Shown here piece by piece: positions 44,564 to 53,276 of a stretch of DNA of 64,000 nt. The notes under the pieces were generated by a model. The model was not told the DNA's origin. It did not search any database and was given only the letters and a program-made list of their open reading frames with translations. Origin of the DNA: Acholeplasmataceae bacterium (lineage in GTDB: Bacteria; Bacillota_I; Bacilli_A; Acholeplasmatales; Acholeplasmataceae). The stretch's first letter is position 1. Each line of letters begins with the position of its first letter. A program made the position numbers and the translations under genes. The stretch lies in contig OY775910.1 in assembly GCA_963675245.1 (NCBI GenBank), positions 1,536,001 through 1,600,000 of the forward strand. The letters are read 5' to 3'.

Positions 44564-46459
44564 TTACTCGCTTAATGTCTCAGCATCACCTTTTGAACCA
44601 TTACCATTTCTGTTATAGGTCGTAATGATACTAGCAAGACATGCTTTAACTTCTTCATTTGTTAGATTTTCGACTTCTAAAAAGATTTTTTCCAAGCTTA
44701 ATTCGTCTAAATCAACATCTCTTTGTTTCTCAATGAATATTTTTTGATGTGGTGTCTGATCTTGACTGCCATGTTCATGATCAACTAATAATTCTTCATA
44801 AAGTTTTTCACCAGGTCTTAATCCTACATATTCGATTTTTATATCTTCATGAGGTTTTAATCCAGTTAAGCGAATCATTTTTTCTGCTAAATCAGCAATG
44901 CGAATAGGTTCCCCCATGTCCAAAATAAATACTTCTCCACCCTTTGCAAACACTCCACACTGTAAAATGAGTCCTACTGCTTCAGGTATTGTCATAAAGA
45001 ATCTTGTAATATCAGGATGTGTCACCGTGATTGGTCCACCATCAGCAATTTGTTTTTTGAATAATGGAATGACTGAACCATTACTTCCTAACACATTTCC
45101 AAATCTTACAGCACTATATTTCGTGACTTTACTATGATTTTGTTGTTCTTGAACGATTAATTCTGCATAACGTTTTGTAGCACCCATAACATTTGTTGAA
45201 CGAACTGCTTTATCACTGCTGACCATTACAAACTTTTTGACTTCAAATTCATTTGCCAATGATGCAACATTATATGTACCGATAACGTTTGTTCTTACAG
45301 CTTCAACCGCACTGTCTTCCATGAGTGGTACATGTTTATATGCTGCTGCATGAAATACGACTGTTGGCTTAAAGGTTTCAAAAAGAACTTTGACGCGTGC
45401 CTTATTGTAAACACTACCTATCCATACTTGCAAATCTAGTGGTTTATTATCTTTTTTAAATTTTCTTAATAATTCTTGTTGAATTTCATATGCATTGTTT
45501 TCATAAATATCAAAAATGATAAGTTTTTTGGGTCCTCTTTCGGCAATTTGTCTGCATAATTCACTACCGATTGAACCACCACCACCAGTAACTAATACAA
45601 CTTCATTTTTAATATAATTTGCAATACATGAATCATCTAATTTAATTTCTTCTCGATTGAGTAAATCTTCAATACGAATATCAGAGATAATAGGTCTTGA
45701 TTCACCGACATCTTCAACCATGCCAGACAATCTTTTCATTCTGATATTTCTTGAAGTGACAATTTCTCCAATTTCTCTTAATTTTTTATTAGGGAAATCT
45801 TTTACCGCAATAATCACTTCTTCAATTCTATATAAGTCAAGGAAATATTCTATTTCGGATAATTTTCCCGCAATTTTAATTCCCATTAATCGTTTGTCAT
45901 GTTTATTCGAATCATCATCTAAAAAACACATTGGCATATTATTTAAGTCTTTATTGCGATAAAGTTCTTTCACTACTTGTTCTCCAGCTGAGCCAGCTCC
46001 TATTATCAAAGTTCTTCTACCTAACGCCTTATTCCAATCCCAATTGGTCTTAAAATAATTAATAACTCGTTTTGTCATTCTAGGTAGAACGACTAATCCC
46101 ATTTCCAAGAAAACGATAAAGAAATATGCTGATTTGTACATAAATGCGTATTCCTCACCTGCAATAGCTAAAAAAACCACGATTAGGACATTCACAACAA
46201 TCGTAGTCGCAGCAACTCTAATAAAATCTTCAAAGCCGAAATATTCAATTAATATGCCATACACACCTACAATGAGGTACGCAATAAAATGTAATAAAAT
46301 AATAAAAGGGATTGCCATCGCAATCAAATCTAGGCTAATTGGGATTTCAAGAAAATAAAAGACGACCACTGAAATTAGATACGTTACACAAATTGCTATA
46401 ATGTCTGTTAAAATGAAAGGCAATGCACCTTTAATTTTGTTAAATAAAGATTTTTCCAT
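44564..46459 (-). CDS. capD: CapD/PglF-like membrane-bound NDP-sugar 4,6-dehydratase
   Basis: Four N-terminal TM helices; motifs GAGSAG, TGGGGSIGSEL, HAAAYKHVP, VRFGNVLGS and GLRPGEKL. Confidence 0.93.
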   Translation of the reverse strand: MEKSLFNKIKGALPFILTDIIAICVTYLISVVVFYFLEIPISLDLIAMAIPFIILLHFIAYLIVGVYGILIEYFGFEDFIRVAATTIVVNVLIVVFLAIAGEEYAFMYKSAYFFIVFLEMGLVVLPRMTKRVINYFKTNWDWNKALGRRTLIIGAGSAGEQVVKELYRNKDLNNMPMCFLDDDSNKHDKRLMGIKIAGKLSEIEYFLDLYRIEEVIIAVKDFPNKKLREIGEIVTSRNIRMKRLSGMVEDVGESRPIISDIRIEDLLNREEIKLDDSCIANYIKNEVVLVTGGGGSIGSELCRQIAERGPKKLIIFDIYENNAYEIQQELLRKFKKDNKPLDLQVWIGSVYNKARVKVLFETFKPTVVFHAAAYKHVPLMEDSAVEAVRTNVIGTYNVASLANEFEVKKFVMVSSDKAVRSTNVMGATKRYAELIVQEQQNHSKVTKYSAVRFGNVLGSNGSVIPLFKKQIADGGPITVTHPDITRFFMTIPEAVGLILQCGVFAKGGEVFILDMGEPIRIADLAEKMIRLTGLKPHEDIKIEYVGLRPGEKLYEELLVDHEHGSQDQTPHQKIFIEKQRDVDLDELSLEKIFLEVENLTNEEVKACLASIITTYNRNGNGSKGDAETLSE

Positions 46460-46620
46460 GTTCGTCTCCCCACTACCTATAAATTTAAATGCTTTTCTAG
46501 TTGTTTTTATTAATATTTAATAAATGCACTTGCTTAATTATTATACCGCTAAATGACGATTTTTTAAAGTTTATGCCTTAAAATCAAATGATAATGAAGA
46601 TGCGTCTACTTTTTATAAAT

Positions 46621-47055
46621 TTAAATGAAGACATGTGTATTAGCATAAAACACTGTTTCATTGATTGAATTAATAGAATCAAATATTGCTAATAGTAATA
46701 TTTTTTCACTATATTTATAATCTTCTGATATTTCAACATTTAACGTTTGAAAATCAATAATATCTACGATGATTAACTCTGCTTCCTTGTCAAAAAACAA
46801 ACTTTCGCTTATCACAGAAATGTCATTGTACTGATGATCAATGATGGTTACTTCAACCTTTATTGATAATGGGAATATATCATATGAACCCTCATAAGTA
46901 CCATCAGGAATAGTTGATAAATCTGGTGATTCAATAACTAATTCATCTAGCGTATCATAACGCACACTTATTTCCACAAAAACAATAAATGTCATGAGTA
47001 TAATTAACATGGATAATGTCGCTATAATCGCGAAAATTGAGCTTTTTTTCATCAC
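46621..47055 (-). CDS. Membrane-anchored FMN_bind-like domain protein with a degenerate flavinylation motif
   Basis: N-terminal TM helix; DLSTIPDGTYEG...VEVTI pattern; no D-x-x-S/T-G-A-T motif. Confidence 0.65.
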   Translation of the reverse strand: MMKKSSIFAIIATLSMLIILMTFIVFVEISVRYDTLDELVIESPDLSTIPDGTYEGSYDIFPLSIKVEVTIIDHQYNDISVISESLFFDKEAELIIVDIIDFQTLNVEISEDYKYSEKILLLAIFDSINSINETVFYANTHVFI

Positions 47056-47122
47056 TTTTTACCTACTATCATTTGCCTATCATTTTAACATAAATATGCG
47101 TTAAATGTAAATTTAATTTTTT

Positions 47123-47152
47123 TTGACAAACGATAGCCTTTCATCGTATAAT
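47123..47152 (+). promoter_or_regulatory. Consensus sigma-A promoter
   Basis: TTGACA-N18-TATAAT upstream of ATG 47187. Confidence 0.75.
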
Positions 47153-47186
47153 ATGAGTTAGTTTTCATAAGACTAAGAGGTTACTC

Positions 47187-48611
47187 ATGAAAAAGATAGA
47201 ATCTTTTCTAAATAGCACGGTTTATATCGTGATTGTCTATGCATTTGCTCTACTTACATGGAGTATAAAAGGCTCAAATGATTCAATCACTACTTTCGGT
47301 CTTTTCAATATGATTGGGATCTTTACAATTGTGTTCGTTTTAGCATTTGTTCTAATTTTTTATAAAAATACAAGATATGCTATTCCTCTTTTAACATCAT
47401 TATTATTTGTTGTTAATAATTCAGTTATTACCTTTGATACTTTAAATACATTTGGTTTTCCATATATTGTTTTATTCTTAATTCTAATTGGACCTATCGT
47501 CCACATCATAAGATTTAGACCTCAATTTAAATTCAGAGGACTTACCTTAGGTTTATTGCTTATTGCTATCGCTTATTTAATTCCCCTCATTTATACTGAT
47601 CGAAGTTTAAAAGCGATTGCGATTTCAGGTGTAGGTCTATTATATTTCTTGTTTTATTTCTTCTTATCTAACACAACCAAAGGTGATGTTGATTATTTCT
47701 TCAAAATGATGTTAATCATGAATTTATTAATGGTTGGTGAGTTTGGTATTAAGATGATTCGTACGCTTTCATCTTATAGCGACTTGAACTTAATTGAAGC
47801 CTTTCGAGCAAGTATGAATGCTGGTTGGGGTGGCAACCTCGGTTGGGCAAACGTCAATGATCTTTGTTATTACTTGACTTTAACACTACCTGGATATGTA
47901 TATTTCATATTCAAGAAACCAAAGAATGTTATCTTTTGGATATTATTATTACTTCCAGCAATAGTCGTTCTTCTTACACAATCACGTGGTGGTTTCATAG
48001 GGTTCGCGTTAGCTGCATCAGGTCTTGGTATCATCATTCTCATTCATGGTAAACATCACCACTACTTCTATGCTATTTTCACAATCATACTAGCAGCATT
48101 AGTCGCATATCTTTCTAAGGATGTCTTAGTAGGTATTTATAACGCCTTCTTACAAACGCTTGAAGGTGATTCGATTAATAGTTTTTCAAGTAGTCGTATT
48201 TGGATATACATGCGTGGTTTAGAAATATTTGAGTTGCATCCCGTCTTTGGTAGTGGTTGGATATCGATTGATATTTTAGCCGAAGAATTTGGCGGTAGAT
48301 TATTTATGTATCATTCAACGATTATTCATGTGCTAGCAACGATGGGAATATTCGGTCTAGTCGCTTTATTAGTCCATTATTTTCAAGTCTTTAAATTACT
48401 ATTTGACAATTGGTCACTCGAATCTAAATTGATACTCGTCGCCTTTATAGCTGTTCAAATACATGGCTTAATTGATAATATTCAATTTTCAGTACCTTAT
48501 TCTTTCTTAGTCGCTATGTTATTTCCATTACTGGAAAATTCACCGATCAAAACATATTTTATTAAAACAGGTAGAACCTATCAATTTGATAGCTCACTCG
48601 TTTTAAACTAG
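47187..48611 (+). CDS. O-antigen ligase/Wzy polymerase family membrane protein
   Basis: About 12 TM segments; N.N, TQSRGG, SSRIWIY, HPVFGSG and YHS...LATMGIFG motifs. Confidence 0.85.
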   Translation: MKKIESFLNSTVYIVIVYAFALLTWSIKGSNDSITTFGLFNMIGIFTIVFVLAFVLIFYKNTRYAIPLLTSLLFVVNNSVITFDTLNTFGFPYIVLFLILIGPIVHIIRFRPQFKFRGLTLGLLLIAIAYLIPLIYTDRSLKAIAISGVGLLYFLFYFFLSNTTKGDVDYFFKMMLIMNLLMVGEFGIKMIRTLSSYSDLNLIEAFRASMNAGWGGNLGWANVNDLCYYLTLTLPGYVYFIFKKPKNVIFWILLLLPAIVVLLTQSRGGFIGFALAASGLGIIILIHGKHHHYFYAIFTIILAALVAYLSKDVLVGIYNAFLQTLEGDSINSFSSSRIWIYMRGLEIFELHPVFGSGWISIDILAEEFGGRLFMYHSTIIHVLATMGIFGLVALLVHYFQVFKLLFDNWSLESKLILVAFIAVQIHGLIDNIQFSVPYSFLVAMLFPLLENSPIKTYFIKTGRTYQFDSSLVLN

Positions 48612-48612
48612 A

Positions 48613-48640
48613 GAAAAAGCACTTATGTAGTGCTTTTTTT
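48613..48640. terminator. Bidirectional terminator
   Basis: AAAAAGCACT-tatgt-AGTGCTTTTT between convergent genes. Confidence 0.8.
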
Positions 48641-49072
48641 AATACCCAATTGATTGAGCATGTCCAGAATGTATTTTTCACGGTATTTCGATTTCCAATC
48701 AATCGATACCATATGTCCTACATGACCTTCTTTACTTTCAATTAATTTTTTGAATTGTTTTAATGTTTGGGAACCGCCAAGCCATTTATATGGGAAGAAA
48801 TGCGTGATAAAAACGTTAACTATTTTACCCTTTAAAGAGGCTAATTGTCGCACATAGTTCACCATCGGTTTTGCCATTCTGGCACCGTGTGTTGGACAAG
48901 CAAATATAATTTCATCATAATCCGATATATCAGGGATATCTACAAGTTTATTATCCGTACTTTGTGGATAATTATTATTCGTCTTTACTTCCAGTTGATC
49001 ATAACCTTCAAATAGATTCGCAATTATCTTTGTATTGCCTGTTAGCGAGTAGAATACAACGGCTTTTTTCAT
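48623..49072 (-). CDS. Flavodoxin family protein
   Basis: FMN phosphate loop FYSLTGNT; FACPT. Confidence 0.85.
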   Translation of the reverse strand: MKKAVVFYSLTGNTKIIANLFEGYDQLEVKTNNNYPQSTDNKLVDIPDISDYDEIIFACPTHGARMAKPMVNYVRQLASLKGKIVNVFITHFFPYKWLGGSQTLKQFKKLIESKEGHVGHMVSIDWKSKYREKYILDMLNQLGIKKSTT

Positions 49073-49296
49073 CTAATTCCCCTTATTTATGTCGTTCCCC
49101 CGTCGATAATTATTGAATTATCAAATAATAATCATGTTACTATTTTATTACTTTTTCTTCAAAAGTAAAGTGTTTTTTTTATTAAATGCGCCTTATCTAG
49201 ATGATTCTTTGACAAAATATGTAGGAAGTTTGACAAATCGAGTTAATTTGGTTATCGTTAAGGTAGATCCACGATTTGCAGAAAGGACGAACATAT

Positions 49297-50211
49297 ATGG
49301 AATTCTTTCTCGGTATAGATGGTGGCACATTAAAAACAGAAATCACTATAATCAATGCCCATAAGGACATTATTTTTGAATGTGTCACTGGACCTACAGC
49401 CTTAAAATCGGTTGATTTACAGGCGATTAAATCAACCATTAGAATTGCCTTAAAGCCATTTTTAGATGCCAATCAAAATTGTCATTTTAGTGGTGCTTTC
49501 ATTGGTTTAGATGGTCTTAACTTTTTGGCTGAAGCGATTGAAGTTGAAAGTATGCTTCACACATTACCATGCTTTAGCGAAGAAACGAAATTATATGTCA
49601 GACATAATATGGAAAACGCCCTTTACGCAGGACGTTGTTTCGAAGAAGGCATTGCGCTAATTGTAAATACTCATGCAATGGCTTTCGGAAAAGATTTGTT
49701 CCGAACACATCGCACTGGTGGATGGGGATATTATGAAGGTGAATTGGGTTCTTCATATGCTCTTGGGATGGAAGCCATGCAATACGTTATTAGGTGTTAT
49801 GATGGTCGTTACGATATTGATGAATTCGCAATCGATATTGCTAAAGCAATTGGACTTAATGAAGCATCTGATATAATACAGGTGATGTCAGACTTTTACG
49901 AAAGGCATTCTAAAGTGGCCAGCCTGGCACCTATTGTGACCATGCATGCCAATAATTTTAATCCTTATGCTATGCGCATCATCGACCGCGCAACTGAGGA
50001 ACTTGCTTTAATCGTAAAAGGTGTTTATCGTCATTTGAAATTGAAGAATAAAACACTTGTTATAAGTGGTGGTTTAGGGAGTTCAGGTGGTTATTTTAAA
50101 GATCAATTAGAAGCCAAAATTCTTGCTATTGATCCTGACTTTAGAATGATCAAACCACTTTTGAAACAAAGTCAAGCAGCCGCCTTAATGGCAAAGCGTT
50201 TAGCAAAATAA
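49297..50211 (+). CDS. BadF/BadG/BcrA/BcrD (N-acetylglucosamine kinase-like) protein with degenerate motifs
   Basis: Motifs LGIDGG..KT, GGWGY..GE.GS.Y.LG and SGGL; start 49297 follows GAAAGGA. Confidence 0.8.
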   Translation: MEFFLGIDGGTLKTEITIINAHKDIIFECVTGPTALKSVDLQAIKSTIRIALKPFLDANQNCHFSGAFIGLDGLNFLAEAIEVESMLHTLPCFSEETKLYVRHNMENALYAGRCFEEGIALIVNTHAMAFGKDLFRTHRTGGWGYYEGELGSSYALGMEAMQYVIRCYDGRYDIDEFAIDIAKAIGLNEASDIIQVMSDFYERHSKVASLAPIVTMHANNFNPYAMRIIDRATEELALIVKGVYRHLKLKNKTLVISGGLGSSGGYFKDQLEAKILAIDPDFRMIKPLLKQSQAAALMAKRLAK

Positions 50212-50215
50212 ATAA

Positions 50216-50316
50216 AGAAAAAAAGGACGAACAAGAGACCTGGGGGGGGATAGTCTGTTGTGTCCTTTTTTTGTTCATCATAGCGAACTATGATGCTGCG
50301 ATGCAAAAGGCATCCT
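50216..50316 (-). ncRNA. Candidate small regulatory RNA (~100 nt, three hairpins, C8 loop)
   Basis: Own promoter upstream, hairpins GAUGC/GCAUC and CAUCAUAG-UUCG-CUAUGAUG, and a terminator stem with a C8 loop and U7 tail; no ORF. Confidence 0.65.
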
Positions 50317-50321
50317 GACGT

Positions 50322-50350
50322 ATTGTAGCATAACTAGATTTTACTTTCAA
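50322..50350 (-). promoter_or_regulatory. Sigma-A promoter driving the candidate sRNA
   Basis: Minus strand TTGAAA-N17-TACAAT with an extended-10 TG. Confidence 0.7.
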
Positions 50351-50385
50351 GTATAAAATGATAATCTGATCTATTTTAAGCATCA

Positions 50386-50709
50386 TCAGTAAGTAACATC
50401 AGTAATTCGATCAATTTCAATACAGAACCCTTCATGGAATAAAAGCGTCTTGTTAAGCTGTGCATAAGTTTTAATAGTGCCATAAACGGTTTTAAAATAA
50501 CCATCTTCATAATAGGTGACAGAAATTTCTTTATGAGTCAACATGGCTTCTGTAACCATACGATTCAGCATCTCATATTGGTCATCTGATAACATGGGTT
50601 TGTCTTGTTTATCACGCTCATATCGCATAGTTTTAAGAACATCTTGGTAACTAATTAAGGCGTCAAATGGTGCCCATTTAATGATGCCACGATCTTTATA
50701 TTCACGCAT
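50386..50709 (-). CDS. YolD-like protein
   Basis: Motifs DRGIIKWAPF and KPMLSDDQ; start overlaps the polymerase stop. Confidence 0.88.
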   Translation of the reverse strand: MREYKDRGIIKWAPFDALISYQDVLKTMRYERDKQDKPMLSDDQYEMLNRMVTEAMLTHKEISVTYYEDGYFKTVYGTIKTYAQLNKTLLFHEGFCIEIDRITDVTY

Positions 50710-51967
50710 GATGACCACCAATACTTTCATTTCTTCTTTTCTCTGTTGAGTGATCTAATTCACTAGAAGCTCTATTAATACTGTTTGCCCCATGATGTGC
50801 TTTAATCCGATCAATTACATCTAAAATAGTTTCTTCTCTTTTCAAAGCATCTACGTCTTCAAAAATTGAATATTGATAGTGAGATTGTGTGGATAGTTTC
50901 GACAAAGAAATTCCCACACGTCTAATGGGTAACCCCTCATCATACATCTCAAATAATCGAAGACAACTGTCATAGATAGCACGCACGCTTGCTGTCGGCT
51001 CATCTAAGCTTATTTGTCTTGCAAAACCACCACCAAATTCTTTGGCATAACCAATTTGTAGTGAAATGCACTTTGTCTGCTTTTTAGCGAGTCTTAGCCT
51101 TCTGGTTACCTCATCAACCATCTCTTCAATAATTAAAATCACTTCTTCGCTTGAATAATCTCTAAAAAGCACTTGTCCTAAACCAAAGCTTTTTCTAATC
51201 TTTCTAACCTTATCTTTATCTTGGACCATACTCTTATCAATACCGTGTGTATGATAATATAGTTCTTCGCCTAAAACACCAAAGCGATCTTTTAAAAAGG
51301 TAGGATTACTCTGTGCAATATCACCAATACATTGCATACCTAAAACATTCAAATGATGTGCCATACGATATCCAATTCCCCACATTTTTGAAAGTGGTTC
51401 AACAGGCCATAACTTTTCTTTTAAATCATCATATGTCCATTTAGCTATAAAATCTACTGAGTGTTTCGCTTCAATATCCATGGCAAGCTTTGTCATCAAC
51501 ATATTAGGTCCTACACCACAGGTTGCATATAGTTCCATTTTAGTTCTCAATGCTTCCAAAATACGCCTACCTAACTCTACATCTGAACACTGATAATAAT
51601 TTAAATATGATGTCACATCCAAAAATGCTTCGTCTACGGAATAAACATATAAATCATCTTCTGAAATAAAGTCTAGATAAATACCAATAACCTTAGCAGA
51701 ATATTCAAGATAAGTTTTCATTTTTGGTTTTGCATAAATAATGTCCACATCCATAGGTAATTCATAAACACGACACCTAGAAGAAACACCACGTGCCTTC
51801 AAATATGGGGTCACCGATAGCACAATAGAGCCATTACCTCTACCTTTATCAGCTACAACTAATGGCGTAGTAAAGGGATCATAGCCCGCCAAAACACATT
51901 CAACAGATGCATAAAAACTTTTTAAATCAATACATAAAATGTGTCTGTTGATTTGGTATTCTTTCAT
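50702..51967 (-). CDS. Y-family translesion DNA polymerase (UmuC/UvrX/YqjW type)
   Basis: Motifs CIDLKSFYASVEC, YSVDEAFLD, K.AMD and WGIG; C-terminal GGH. Confidence 0.93.
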   Translation of the reverse strand: MKEYQINRHILCIDLKSFYASVECVLAGYDPFTTPLVVADKGRGNGSIVLSVTPYLKARGVSSRCRVYELPMDVDIIYAKPKMKTYLEYSAKVIGIYLDFISEDDLYVYSVDEAFLDVTSYLNYYQCSDVELGRRILEALRTKMELYATCGVGPNMLMTKLAMDIEAKHSVDFIAKWTYDDLKEKLWPVEPLSKMWGIGYRMAHHLNVLGMQCIGDIAQSNPTFLKDRFGVLGEELYYHTHGIDKSMVQDKDKVRKIRKSFGLGQVLFRDYSSEEVILIIEEMVDEVTRRLRLAKKQTKCISLQIGYAKEFGGGFARQISLDEPTASVRAIYDSCLRLFEMYDEGLPIRRVGISLSKLSTQSHYQYSIFEDVDALKREETILDVIDRIKAHHGANSINRASSELDHSTEKRRNESIGGHHA

Positions 51968-52098
51968 GGTTAATCCCTCCTTTGTGTATCCATTATAATC
52001 GGCAGATTTAATGAAAGCAATATGAAAATGTTAACATCAAAAAAAATATAAAAAGCCGATACAAATTATTGCACCGACTTTCTCAAATAAAGTGTCTA

Positions 52099-52524
52099 TC
52101 ATCGTTTCAAATAATCAATAAATTGCATCATTGATTGTCTTGTTGTTGTTTCAAATATAGCCTTGTCAGGTATATTGTCGTGTTCAAATTTAAAATTGAC
52201 AATCATCTTCCACACAAGCTTTCCTTCTTTTTTCATAAAGTGGTTAATACATCGATTAACGACACCTGGTACGCTATACGTCACATCAAACAGATTTCCT
52301 TCGCATAAATCCACGTGGACATTCATTTGCATTTCTCCATCACCTGATTGATAGATGAGTACACCTTTAGATCCTTGTTGAAAAAGTAATCCCTTTTCCT
52401 CATCAATGCGAATGAGATGAGGTTGCCATGCTTTCATGAACTTAGGATCAATGTATTTCAAGAAAGCTTCTTTTGGTTCAACATCTGCAATCACTTCAAC
52501 CACATAATCATAAATTTTCATCAT
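52099..52524 (-). CDS. Hypothetical protein, possibly SRPBCC/START-like fold
   Basis: Start follows GAGGAGG and overlaps the SRAP stop; KAWQP motif and C-terminal helix. Confidence 0.55.
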   Translation of the reverse strand: MMKIYDYVVEVIADVEPKEAFLKYIDPKFMKAWQPHLIRIDEEKGLLFQQGSKGVLIYQSGDGEMQMNVHVDLCEGNLFDVTYSVPGVVNRCINHFMKKEGKLVWKMIVNFKFEHDNIPDKAIFETTTRQSMMQFIDYLKR

Positions 52525-53230
52525 TTCCCTCCTCATCCATTGAAAATAAATCATGCATTTTTTCTTTTTCAATACATAATTCATCATCGTGAACCGGTGA
52601 GTTAACGTGACTAGATACAGGATACATCGATAAATCATCATCACGATACGGTTTTAAAACTGTTTTCAACTTGTCTTCTGCTTTAATCGCCATGTTTAAC
52701 CAGATTTTTTGACTGTTTTCATCTAGTATAACAGGCATTCTTTCATGGATATGACGCATGGGCTTATTGGCCGTAGTCGTAATGATTGCCACCGTATGAA
52801 CCAAATCACCATTCGCTCTTTTGTAGGTACTCCATAATCCAGCAAGTGGAAATATTTGAGATCCCTTTGTAAAAATACGATAAGGCTGCTTCGCTTTATC
52901 CCATTCGTAAAACGAATCAGCTAAAATGACACAACGTCTTAATCTAACTGCTTCCATAAAGCTTGGTTTACTAAACAGGGTTTCTGCTTTTGCATTGATC
53001 ATTTTAAAACCGATTTTTTCATCCTTGGCAAATGGTGGTACAAATCCCCATTTTAATAAACCTACTTGGTTTTTTTTGCCATCATTAATCACTGAGATTA
53101 TCTCTTGACCGGGAGCGACGTTATATCTAGGAAGATCAATGTCTGTATTAAATGATTCAATATGGTATTGCTCTTTTAAATAACCAGCAAGTTCACCTTT
53201 AGAAAATGTAAATGTAATTCGTCCGCACAT
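52508..53230 (-). CDS. SOS response-associated peptidase (SRAP, YedK/HMCES family)
   Basis: N-terminal MCGR; motifs RYNVAP, WG..P, INA.AET, FYEW and HERMPVIL. Confidence 0.95.
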   Translation of the reverse strand: MCGRITFTFSKGELAGYLKEQYHIESFNTDIDLPRYNVAPGQEIISVINDGKKNQVGLLKWGFVPPFAKDEKIGFKMINAKAETLFSKPSFMEAVRLRRCVILADSFYEWDKAKQPYRIFTKGSQIFPLAGLWSTYKRANGDLVHTVAIITTTANKPMRHIHERMPVILDENSQKIWLNMAIKAEDKLKTVLKPYRDDDLSMYPVSSHVNSPVHDDELCIEKEKMHDLFSMDEEGNDENL

Positions 53231-53276
53231 ATTAAACCACCTTCATATAAAAAAGAAACGCGTAAGCGTCCCTTAA

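Noticed and set aside
50292..50320. GUCAGG...GCAGCA similarity to SRP RNA domain IV
   Set aside because: The conserved GNRA tetraloop and internal-loop core are absent, and the predicted start falls inside the GUCAGG.
51968..52098. LexA (Cheo) box upstream of the Y-family polymerase
   Set aside because: No convincing GAAC-N4-GTTC was found by eye.
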